From Alphaproteobacteria bacterium (GTDB lineage Bacteria > Pseudomonadota > Alphaproteobacteria > SP197), in assembly GCA_016869675.1 (NCBI GenBank), contig VGDP01000013.1:1558-65557 (forward strand): a stretch of 64,000 bases of DNA, written 5' to 3'. The translations under genes and the position numbers were made by a program. The number at the start of each line of letters is the position of its first letter. Within the stretch, counting starts at the first letter, position 1. The notes below the pieces were generated by a model that was not told where the DNA came from, made no database searches, and worked only from the letters and a program-made list of their open reading frames with translations. Positions 40,307 through 50,329 of this stretch are shown piece after piece.

Positions 40307-41720
40307 TGTCGCGAGCAGATGAGTCGTCCGGGTTAGGTAGCACACGAGTTGTCCGGTTTGGTGAGCCTGCGAGGGAGCGGGGCGATGAACCGGACGACGT
40401 TGCTACAGGACCGCAGGATGGAGAAGATCGAGGATGTTCTTGGGCGCTACTTGCGTCGAGAGCTATCGGGATTGGAAGCTGGGGAGCTGTTGGGCGTCTC
40501 GGAGCGTCAGTTCCGGCGCTACCGCCGCCGCTTTGACGAGGAGGGTCTGGACGGTCTCGTGGACCGTCGGCTTGGCAAGGCTTCGGCGCGGCGGGTTCCG
40601 GTGGACCGGATCGCGTGGCTTCTGGATGAGTATCGGACGCGGCACATGGGCTGAACGGTGAAGCACTTCCACGAGCACGTTCAGGCGCGTCACGGCTTTC
40701 GGCTGAGCTACAGCTGGACCAAGACCCAGCTGCACGCCGCCGGCCTGGTGGATCGGGCGAAGCGGCGAGGCGCGCACCGTCGCCGTCGGCCGCGCAAGCC
40801 ATGCGCCCGCATGATGCTGCACCAGGACGGCAGTCGGTTCGCCTGGCTGGCTGGCGCGCCCGAACTGCACCTGATCGTGACCCTGGACGACGCGACCAGC
40901 ACGATCCACTCGGCCTTCCTGGTCGAGGAGGAGGGCACGGCCTCGACCTTGCGCGCGCTGCTCGACGTGTTCACGGCCGGGGGTCTTCCGGCGAGCCTTT
41001 ATACCGACCGGGGCAGTCACTACTTCCACACGCCTGAGGCAGGCAGCAAGGTGGACAGGACCCGGCTGACCCAGGTGGGCCCGGCGCTCGATCGTCTGGG
41101 TGTCGAGCACATCGCGGCATACTCGCCCGAGGCGCGCGGACGCTCGGAGCGCGCCTTCGGCACGCTGCAGGATAGCTTGCCCAAGGAACTCGCGCTCGCC
41201 GGCATCGCCATGATTGAGGCGGCCAGCCGCTTCATCCGCGCGGTCTACCTGCCGGCGCACAACGCCCGCTTCGCGGTGGCGCCGGAGCTGCCCGAGAGCG
41301 CCTTCGTGACGGTGACGGACCGGGCCGCACTGGTCGAGATTCTGTGCGTCGAGGAAGAGCGCATCGTGGCGCGCGACAACACCGTCGGCCTTGGTCGGCT
41401 CCGGCTCCAGTTGCCGCCAAGTCCGTTGCGTCACCACTTCGTCAAGGCCCGCGTCAAGCTGCGCGTCTATCCCGACGGCACTCTCGCCGTCGCCCATGGA
41501 CCCCGTGTCATCGCCCGCTACGACAAGGAGGGAACCCTGATCGACCCACAACGACCGGCGCTGGGGGCCGCGGCGTGAAACGCTTCGACGCCGCGCAACC
41601 CCAGCGCCCCGTGGATATGTGGACGACGCTCCGCGCCGCCCACATCCCCACAGGGCCATCAACAACAGAAGCGGACAACCATTGTGCTAAAAAAACGGTC
41701 AACTCAATGTGCTACCGACA
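40307..41720 (+). mobile_element. Insertion sequence, IS1202/ISNCY type, 1414 bp
   Basis: TGT...ACA ends, imperfect IRs TGTCGcgAGCAga-TGAGT / TGTCGgtAGCAcatTGAGT, DDE transposase, 17-bp direct repeats. Confidence 0.9.
40385..41578 (+). pseudogene. DDE transposase with nonsense codon
   Basis: HTH (LLGVSERQFRR), HQDGS, YTDRGS, SPEARGRSER. In-frame TGA at 40652-40654 (G*TVKHF, Trp expected). Confidence 0.88.
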
Positions 41721-41737
41721 GGTTCCAACGGCGGCGC
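41721..41737. repeat. Right copy of the 17-bp IS target-site duplication
   Basis: GGTTCCAACGGCGGCGC. Confidence 0.93.
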
Positions 41738-41756
41738 GACCGGATAGACTGACGTT

Positions 41757-43517
41757 ATGAGCCGTGTCATCGACGCATCGCCCGCGACTTGGCCCAACCT
41801 GGTCGCCATGTTCTTCGACCAGGCCGCGCGCCTGGGCGATCGACCCTGGCTGTGGGCGAAGCGTGACGGCGCGTTCCGGCCGACCCGCTGGGACGAGGCG
41901 GCACGCGACGTGACCGCGCTGGCCCATTCCCTGCGCGGCCTGGGCATCGCGCCGGGCGATCGCATCGCCCTCGTCGCCGAGAGCCGGCCGGAATGGGCGA
42001 TCGCCGACTTCGCGATCATGGCGGCGGGCGGCGTGACCGTGCCGGCCTACGTCACGAACACGGCCGCCGATCATCGTCACGTGCTGAACGACAGCGGCGC
42101 GCGCGTCGTGATCGTCTCGACCGCCAAGCTGGCCGAGCGGGTGATGGAGGCCGCGGCCGAGTGCCCTTCGGTCGAAACCGTCGTGGCGATCGAACCGGTC
42201 AAGCAGAGGGGAGCCGTGCGCGTCGCCGCGTGGTCGGACCTTATGGCGGCGCGGCCCCCCGACGGTGCGCCGCTGGGCGGCCAGAGCCGCGACGACATCG
42301 CGTGCCTGATCTACACGTCCGGCACGGGCGGCACGCCCAAGGGCGTCATGCTGAGCCACGGCGCGATCCTGCACAACGTGCGCGGCGCCCGGCGCCTGTT
42401 CCACTCCATCGGCCTGAACGACGAGGTGTTCCTGTCGTTCCTGCCGCTCAGCCACGCGTACGAGCACACCGCGGGTCTAATGTTCCCCGTGGCGATCGGC
42501 GCCCAGGTCTACTTCGCGGAAAGCGTCGGCGAGCTATCCCGCCATTTCGTCGAGGTCCGCCCGACCATCGTGACCTGCGTGCCCAGGCTGTACGAGGTCC
42601 TGCGCGAGCGCATCCTGGGCCAGGTGCACAAGAACACGGGGCTGAAGCGTCGCCTGTTCGACCTGGCGCTCGACATCGGGCTGCGCCGGCACGGCGCGGG
42701 CGGCCGTGTAGGCCTGCTGGAGCAGCTGATCGACCCGCTGCTCGATCGCCTGGTGCGCAGCAAGGTGGCCGCGCGCTTCGGCGGCCGACTCAAGGCATTC
42801 GTCTCGGGCGGCGCGCCGCTCAACCCTGAGGTCGGCCTGTTCTTCCTGGCGCTCGGCGTTCGCGTGCTGCAGGGCTACGGCCAGACCGAATCGGCACCGG
42901 TGATCAGCGCCAATCTGCCCGAGCGCAACAAGATCGCGACCGTCGGTCCGCCGCTGGAGGATGTCGAGGTGCGCATCGCCGAGGACGGCGAGATCCTGGT
43001 GCGTGGCGAGCTGGTCATGAAGGGCTACTGGCGCAACGAGGCGGCCTCGCGCGCCGCGCTGGTCGACGGCTGGCTGCACACCGGCGACATCGGCCACCTG
43101 GATGAGGACGGCTACCTCGTCATCACCGACCGTAAGAAGGACATCATCGTCAATTCGGGTGGCGACAACGTCGCCCCCCAGCGCGTCGAAGGCATGTTGA
43201 CGCTGCAACCGGAAGTCGCCCAGGCCGCCGTGTTCGGCGACCGCCGGCCCCATCTGGTGGCCCTGCTGGTACCCGATGCGGATGGCCTGCGTGCGCAGGG
43301 CGTCGACGCCCGCGACGCGGAGGCCGTACACCAAGCGCTGGGCGACGCGGTGAGTCGCGCCAACGAGAAGCTCTCGGTCATCGAGAAGGTCAAGCGCTTC
43401 GCCCTCGCCGACGAGCCGTTCACCATCGACAATGGCCTGATGACCGCGACGTTGAAGGTGCGCCGGCACGCGGTGCTCGCGCGTTATCGCGAGCGCATCG
43501 AGGCGCTTTGGGCCTGA
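41757..43517 (+). CDS. Long-chain fatty acid--CoA ligase
   Basis: YTSGTGGTPKG, GYGQTE, GWLHTGD, DRKKD. Confidence 0.92.
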   Translation: MSRVIDASPATWPNLVAMFFDQAARLGDRPWLWAKRDGAFRPTRWDEAARDVTALAHSLRGLGIAPGDRIALVAESRPEWAIADFAIMAAGGVTVPAYVTNTAADHRHVLNDSGARVVIVSTAKLAERVMEAAAECPSVETVVAIEPVKQRGAVRVAAWSDLMAARPPDGAPLGGQSRDDIACLIYTSGTGGTPKGVMLSHGAILHNVRGARRLFHSIGLNDEVFLSFLPLSHAYEHTAGLMFPVAIGAQVYFAESVGELSRHFVEVRPTIVTCVPRLYEVLRERILGQVHKNTGLKRRLFDLALDIGLRRHGAGGRVGLLEQLIDPLLDRLVRSKVAARFGGRLKAFVSGGAPLNPEVGLFFLALGVRVLQGYGQTESAPVISANLPERNKIATVGPPLEDVEVRIAEDGEILVRGELVMKGYWRNEAASRAALVDGWLHTGDIGHLDEDGYLVITDRKKDIIVNSGGDNVAPQRVEGMLTLQPEVAQAAVFGDRRPHLVALLVPDADGLRAQGVDARDAEAVHQALGDAVSRANEKLSVIEKVKRFALADEPFTIDNGLMTATLKVRRHAVLARYRERIEALWA

Positions 43518-43521
43518 CCGC

Positions 43522-44671
43522 GTGACCGACCCTTTCGACATCGGCCGCTTCTCGCTTGATCCCGACGACGCTTGGACCCTGCCGGCGCCCTACTACACCG
43601 CGCCCGAGGTGTTCGACGCCGAACAACGCGCCATCTTCCGTGCCACGTGGCGTTTCATGGGCCATGTCAGCGAGCTGGCGAACGCAGGCGACTACCTGGC
43701 GCGGTCGATCGCCGGCTCCGATGTGTTTGTCTTGCGCGATCAGGCCGGTGTGTTGCGCGGATTCCACAATGTCTGCCGACATCGAAGCCATCGCCTGCTG
43801 CCCGGGTCCTCGGGCCAGGTCCGCGCCGTCATCACCTGCCCGTACCACTCCTGGGCCTACGGCCTGGACGGCCGGCTGCGCACGGCACGCAACAGCGAGA
43901 ACGTACGCGCCTTCGATGCTAGCGCCTTCGGTCTGCTGCCGGTACGCACCGAGACGTGCGGCGGCTTCGTCTTCGTCAACCTCGATGACGACGCTCCAGC
44001 GCTACATGCCCAATCTCGACCGCATGGTCCGCGTCGATCGCCAGGACTTCGACATCGCGGCCAACTGGAAGGTCGTCGCCGAGGACGGCATCGACGGCTA
44101 CCACGTGTTCCTGTCCGGGCCGGCGCATCGTGCGTTCGGCCGGTTCATGGACGGCCACGGCCTACGCATGATCAACCGGCCGGACTGGATCCTGCTGCAC
44201 GCCGGTCCGGGCTCGCCGGACAGCGGCGTCTACGACTACCGCTCGAACATCGGCAAGGGCCAGACGCCGGACTACGTGACCTTCTTCCTGTGGCCCGACC
44301 TGCTGATCTTCACGTTCCCGCACGTGGGCGCGGTGTGGAGCTTCCCGATGACGCCCACGGGGCCCGAACGCACCCACGAGGAGGTGGTCGCCTACACGCC
44401 CGGCGGGTGCGCTCTCGACGAGGTCACCGCTGCGGCGGTGCGCTGGATGGCCGAGGTGCTGGGGCCGGAGGACGTCGCGCTGAACGTGGGCGTGCAGCAG
44501 GGCCTGCGCTCGCCCGCCAGACGCCAGGGCCGGCTGCTGATCGACGCGGCGCGCGGCGATATGAGCGAGCATGCCATCCACTGTTTCCAGGCGTGCGTGC
44601 TGGAGGCCCTGGGGCGCCTGCCGGCCGGCTCGGCCGCGACGCTCCTTTCACCCCCGACCGAGGTGGGGTGA
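43522..44671 (+). pseudogene. Rieske oxygenase alpha subunit (CntA/choline monooxygenase-like), frameshifted
   Basis: CRH..CPYH Rieske motif. Frame switches at about 44000 into NWKVV..DGYH..GPAH..ED. Confidence 0.85.
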
Positions 44672-44681
44672 GCCGGGAAGC

Positions 44682-45353
44682 CTATCCGGCGGCTCCATGG
44701 AATCCGGCGCGCACCGCCGCGAGCGCGATGCCGACCGCCGCGGCCGTGGGATCGACCACGGGCACGCCGAGCGCGACGCGCAACCGGTCATTGTAGCGGG
44801 CCATGCCGGCGCACGCCGGCACGATCACCTGGGCGCCGTCCTCCTCGACGAGGCGGCGGGCGTTGTCGATCATCGCCGGCAGGCCGCGCGTCTCGTCGGG
44901 CAGGCCGACCACGGGGATGCCGACAGCGCGCACCCCCGCCACACGCGCCCCGATGCCGAGCGAACGGTTCTGCCGGTGATGCCCGGCGATGTCGCCCGCC
45001 AGATTGGTGACGATGCCGATCCGCTCGCCGAGGTTGAGGCCAGCGGTCAACCCCGCCTCGCCGATGCCGATCACCGGCTTGCTCGTGACCTCGCGCACCG
45101 CGTGGATCCCCGGATCGCCGAAGCACGCGATGACGAAGGCGCCGGCGTCGTTGTCGTACCGCTCGACGAGCCGGCATAGCGGCCCGACCACTACCGCCGC
45201 GTCCATCGCGGTCTGGATGCCCTTGGGCACGTCGTCCAGGGTCAGGCAGGTAATCGGCGGGCCGTCGCGGAAGCGCAGGCCCTCGAGCCCACGGTCGAGG
45301 TGCGCCGTGACCTCAGCGTCGCTGTTCGGGTTGATGACGACGATGGCGTTCAT
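44682..45353 (-). CDS. Asp/Glu/hydantoin racemase family
   Basis: [24 protein letters not shown]. Confidence 0.88.
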   Translation of the reverse strand: MNAIVVINPNSDAEVTAHLDRGLEGLRFRDGPPITCLTLDDVPKGIQTAMDAAVVVGPLCRLVERYDNDAGAFVIACFGDPGIHAVREVTSKPVIGIGEAGLTAGLNLGERIGIVTNLAGDIAGHHRQNRSLGIGARVAGVRAVGIPVVGLPDETRGLPAMIDNARRLVEEDGAQVIVPACAGMARYNDRLRVALGVPVVDPTAAAVGIALAAVRAGFHGAAG

Positions 45354-47008
45354 GCTGTCCTGGCCTCGGCCAGGCCGAGCTCCTGCTTCATGTGCTCGCG
45401 CATCACGTACTTCTGGATTTTTCCGGTCACGGTCATGGGGAAGCTGTCGACGAACTTCACGTAGCGAGGGATCTTGTAGTGGGCGATCTGGCCCTGGCAG
45501 AAGGCGCGGATGTCCTCGGCGCTGGCCGCGACGCCCGGCTTCAGCTTGATCCAGGCGCACAATTTCTCGCCCATGCGCGCGTCGGGCACGCCGATCACCT
45601 GCACGTCGGCGACCGCCGGGTGGCGGTGGAGGAACTCCTCCACCCTGCGCGGGTAGACGTTCTCGCCGCCGCGGATCACCATGTCCTTGATGCGCCCGAC
45701 GATGTTGCAATAGCCCGCGTCGTCGAGCGTCGCCAGGTCGCCCGTGTGCATCCAGCCGGCGCGGTCGATCGCCTCGTCCGTGCGCGCCGGATCGTCCCAG
45801 TAGCCCAACATGACCGAGTAGCCGCGCGTGCAGAGTTCGCCCGGTGTGCCCGGCGGCACGACGCGACCCTCGGCGTCGACGATCTTGACCTCGACGTGCG
45901 GGTGGATGCGCCCGACGGTCGAGACGCGCTTGTCGAGCGGGTCCGCCGGCGACGTCTGGAAGCTGACCGGGCTAGTCTCGGTCATGCCGTAGGCGATGGT
46001 GACCTCGGCCATGTGCATGTCGCTGACGACGCGCTTCATCACCTCGATCGGGCACGGCGAGCCGGCCACGATGCCCGTGCGCAGGCTGGTCAGATCGAAG
46101 CGCCTGAACTCCGGATGGTCGAGCTCGGCGATGAACATGGTCGGTACGCCGTAGAGCCCCGTGCAACGTTCCGCCGCCACCGTCTCCAGCACGGCCAACG
46201 GATCGAACGCCTCGCCAGGGTAGACCATCGCCGCGCCATGGGTGACGCACGCCAGGTTGCCGAGCACCATGCCGAAGCAGTGGTAGAGCGGCACCGGGAT
46301 GCACACCCGGTCGCGCTCGGTCAGCGCCAGCGACTCGCCAATAAAGTAGCCGTTGTTGAGGATGTTGTGGTGGCTAAGCGTCGCCCCCTTGGGCGCGCCG
46401 GTGGTGCCGCTGGTGAACTGGATGTTGACGGCGTCGTCGAACTGCAGCCGCGCGCCGATTTCGGCCAAGCGCGCGCGTTCAGCCGCGCGGCCACGCGCCG
46501 CCACGGCATCGAACGGGATCGCGCCGGGCAGCGTCCCGTCGCCGACCACGATGACCGTCTCGAGCCGTGACAGTCGGGCCTGGCCCAACTCGGCCACCAT
46601 CGCCAGGTAGTCGCTCGACTTAAACCGCGTCGCCGTGACCAGGGCGCGGCAACCCACCTTGTTGAGCGCGTACTCCAGCTCGGCCAGGCGGTACGCCGGG
46701 TTGATGTTGACCAGCACGAGCCCTGCCTTGGCGGTGGCGAACTGAGTGACGACCCACTCGGCGTTGTCGGGCGACCAGATGCCGACGCGATCCCCCGGCT
46801 CCAGCCCGAGCGCGAGAAGCCCGGCGGCGAACGCCTCGACCCGACGCGCGAGCCCGGCGTAGGTCCAGCGCACCGATTGGGAGCGGACAACCAGTGCGTC
46901 GCGCTCGGCCCAGCGCGCGACGGCGCCGTCCAGATGCTCGCCGATCGTCGTGCCGATCAGCGGCACCGACGCCGCGCCGTGGACATAGCTACGGGTCAAC
47001 CCTGCCAT
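45350..47008 (-). CDS. AMP-binding acyl-CoA synthetase
   Basis: [32 protein letters not shown]. Confidence 0.92.
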   Translation of the reverse strand: MAGLTRSYVHGAASVPLIGTTIGEHLDGAVARWAERDALVVRSQSVRWTYAGLARRVEAFAAGLLALGLEPGDRVGIWSPDNAEWVVTQFATAKAGLVLVNINPAYRLAELEYALNKVGCRALVTATRFKSSDYLAMVAELGQARLSRLETVIVVGDGTLPGAIPFDAVAARGRAAERARLAEIGARLQFDDAVNIQFTSGTTGAPKGATLSHHNILNNGYFIGESLALTERDRVCIPVPLYHCFGMVLGNLACVTHGAAMVYPGEAFDPLAVLETVAAERCTGLYGVPTMFIAELDHPEFRRFDLTSLRTGIVAGSPCPIEVMKRVVSDMHMAEVTIAYGMTETSPVSFQTSPADPLDKRVSTVGRIHPHVEVKIVDAEGRVVPPGTPGELCTRGYSVMLGYWDDPARTDEAIDRAGWMHTGDLATLDDAGYCNIVGRIKDMVIRGGENVYPRRVEEFLHRHPAVADVQVIGVPDARMGEKLCAWIKLKPGVAASAEDIRAFCQGQIAHYKIPRYVKFVDSFPMTVTGKIQKYVMREHMKQELGLAEARTA

Positions 47009-47027
47009 GGCGCGCAGTATAGGCGGT

Positions 47028-49048
47028 TCAGACGCCGCACCGTGGGATCACTTCATCCCACGTCCCGGTGAACACCTTGGCATCGCTTTCGAAAGCGTCG
47101 AGTTTGGCTTGCAGGAGGAACGCCGTGGAATCGCCGCCGAGCCGCATGCGCGTCTCGATGCGCACCGACCAGCCGTCGCGTTCATAGGCCACGCGGCGCT
47201 GAGTCTCCGTCACGGCCGAGGCGGGGTCGCCCTCGCCAAAGCTGTGCACGCCCTGGCCCCAGCCCTCGTGGATGAGCCCGATGTCGTCGAGGCGGAAGCG
47301 GCCGCGATCGCGCACCGAAACCAAACGCGTCGTGCCCGTGGCGTCTGCCGCGAGCGCCTGGCGGCCGCGTGTCGGCGCGCGCAGCACGGTGAAGGCGCGT
47401 TCCGGCGCGCACTCCGCCGGGCCGAACGGCGCCAGCGTCGTGTCGGTGGCCTTCGGCGCGCGCACCGGCAGGGTCAGGGAGCCGGAGCCGAGCGCGACCG
47501 TCAGTGTCACGGGCTCGGGCGCAGGCCAGACCACGGGCCAGTACGATGTGCCGAGCGCGACGCGCACCCGGTGCCCGGCCGGGAAGGCGTGCGCGCAGTC
47601 GTTGAGCGCGAGCCGCACCCGGTAGCTCCGCCCCGGCTCCAGGGGTTCGGGCCGTTCGTGCCCGCCGCGGTGGGTCAGGTTGAGCACGCCGTACGTCACG
47701 CGCACGGAGCTGCCGTCGGGCGCCACATCGCACAGGCGCACAACGAGTTGGGCTACGGGCCGGTCGGCGGCGACGTTGATGGCGAGCACCGGCGCGCCTA
47801 GGATGTCGAGTGGGCGATCCAACGGTTCTGAGTCGAACACCGGGGCGACGGCATCGTCCTCGCGCTGGTCGGTCGCCAGATCAGGACCCAGGCCGTAGGG
47901 GCACCAGTCGCTGGAAGCGCGGCCCGCCACGGTCGGCGACGCCACCGAACTCGCCGCGTTCGATGCCGTGCGCGTGCGCGAAAGCCCCTGCTCGCCAAGC
48001 CACATGTCCAGACCCGGTGCGGCGGGGTCGGGCCAGGCGTGCGCGGCCACCCAACGGCCGCGGCGCACCGGGATCTCGGCCAGCGGTGGTTCCCACTCCT
48101 GCATCCAGACGCGGATCGGCGGCTCGTCCATGACGCCGGTGGCGCGGCCCTTGAGCCAGTGGTCCCACCAGCGCAGCGTCTCCTGCAGGTACCCGATCAA
48201 CGGACCCGGCCCGCCCTCGTAGGGGAAGCAATGCCCCACGGCCCGATCAGGGCCTTCTTGGGGCAGGTCAGATGGCGCATCAGGCGTGGGATGGCGTTTG
48301 AGTAGCCGTCGGCCCAGCCGCCCACGGCGTAGACCGCGCACTGGATCGCGCCGTAGTCCTCGCACACCGAACCCTGGCGCCAGTAGTCGTCGCGGGTCTG
48401 GTGCTCGAGCCAGGCCAGCACCGGCGGCCGGACCACCTCGAGGCGTTGCTGCCACATGGCGCGCCACGCGGCGCCAACCACCACTGGGTCGGGCGGCGTC
48501 GGCAAGTAGCCGAGGAACGTGGCGCCCCAGCCCATGGTGTCCATCAGCACGCAACCGCCCATGTAGTGCATGTCATCGGCGTAGCGGTCGTCGGTGGAAG
48601 CGACAGTGATGATCGCCTTGAGCGCAGGCGGACGACGGGCCACCACCTGCAAGCTGTTGAAGCTACCCCACGAGATGCCGGTCATGCCCACCTTGCCGTC
48701 GCACCACGGCTGCGCCGCGATCCAGGCGATGGCGGTGACCGCGTCGTCCTGCTCGGAACGCAGGTACTCGTCCTGCAGCACGCCCTCAGAGTCGCCGGAC
48801 CCGACGATGTCCAGGCGGATGCACGCGTACCCATGCGCGGCGAGGTAGCCGTGCACGCGCTGGTCTTCCAGCGTCTGACGGTCGCGCTTGCGGTAGGGGA
48901 TGTACTCGAGGATCGCCGGAACAGGCGACGTCTCGGCCCCGGCGGGCAGTCAGACGCGCGCCGCCAGTCGCCGTCCGTCCGGCATCGGGATCCACAGGTT
49001 CTCGATGTCGACGACGGACACCGGCGGTATCGCGATACGTGTTGTCAT
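47028..49048 (-). pseudogene. CocE/NonD family serine hydrolase, disrupted
   Basis: EYIPYRKRD, GISWGS, GGWADGY. TGA at 48950-48952 (ARV*LP) and a 1-nt deletion at about 48235 (GPWG/HCFP). Confidence 0.87.
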
Positions 49049-49133
49049 GGCACTCCCCTCGTCCCCGAGCCTGCGCGATTGTATACGCCTGCACCCTGCG
49101 CGTAACATTGCGCGAGCGCAGGGGAGTGCGACC

Positions 49134-50298
49134 ATGGATGTGAACTTCAGCCGCGATGACAAGGACGTGTGCGCCCGGGCGCGGGGTTCGCCGAGAAGCA
49201 TCTTTTCCCCCACGAGGAGGAACTCGACGTTAACGACCACCTGCCGGAGGAGACGGAGGAGGCGATCCGTCAGGCGGTACGCGACTACCACCTGAACGCG
49301 GTCAACCACGCGGTCGAATGGGGCGGCCAGGGCAGGTCGTCCAGTTGATGATCGTTAACGAGGAGGTCGCCAAGGCGACGGGCGCCCTGTGGGGCCGCGT
49401 CTGGCTGCCGCCCATGTGCCTGAAGGACGGCACGCGCGAGCAGAAGGAGGAGATCCTGCGCCCGGCCTGCGCCGGCAAGGTCTTCGTCGCGTTCTGCACG
49501 TCGGAACCGGGCGCGGGCTCGGATGCCGGGGGCGTCCGCACGAGCGCGGTGCTGCGCGGCAACCACTGGGTCGTCAACGGCGAGAAATGCTTCGCGAGCT
49601 TTTCCGAAGGCGCCGACTTGGCGCTGCTGACCACCATCGTCGACAGTGATCCGAAGAAGCCGACGCTGCTGATCATCAACCCGAAGACCAAGGGCTACAA
49701 CATCAAGCGCCTGCCAAGCTTCATGCAGCGCTCGGGCCACGGCCATCCCGAGGTCGATATCCGCGACATAAAGGTGCCCGCCGATGCGATGCTCGGCGAG
49801 GTGGGCCAGGGTTTCGAGCTGACCAAGGACTGGTTCGTCGAAGCGCGCCTCGCCATAGCCGCGCGCTCGATCGGCATGGCGATCCGCGCGACCGAGTTGG
49901 CCGAGGCCTACGCCGCCAAGCGCGTCCAGTTCGGCCGCCCGATTGGCGATTTTCAGGCGATCGAGTTCATGATCACCGAGATGGCGGCGGACATCATGAC
50001 CGGCAAGAGCATGCTCTACCGCGTGTGCGCCGAGATCGACGGCGGGCTCGACCGCAAGCATGCCCACGCCAAGGCCAGCGCGACAAAGTGGTACTGCTCG
50101 GAAGCCGGCTGGCGCGTGGTCGACAAGGCGTTGCAGATCTTCGGCGAGCGTGGCGCCATGTGCGAGAACCCGGTCGAGCGGCTCCACCGTGACGTGCGGC
50201 TCGAGCGCATCTGTGAAGGCACGTCCGAGATCCAGAAGGTCATCATCGGCGGCCATATCCGCAAACGCGGTCTCGACGTCTACACGGGATGGTCGTAG
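49134..50298 (+). pseudogene. Acyl-CoA dehydrogenase, two 5' frameshifts
   Basis: SEPGAGSD, NGEKCF, RVQFGRPI, EGTSEIQ. Frameshifts at about 49185 and 49333 separate the MDVNFS start. Confidence 0.85.
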
Positions 50299-50329
50299 AA
50301 ACCCGCGTCCACAACCACCGAGATTCTTC

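Noticed and set aside
40240-41760. XerCD (dif/xrs) targeting by the IS
   Set aside because: No recognisable dif-like site flanks the element, and xrs-targeting members have short direct repeats.
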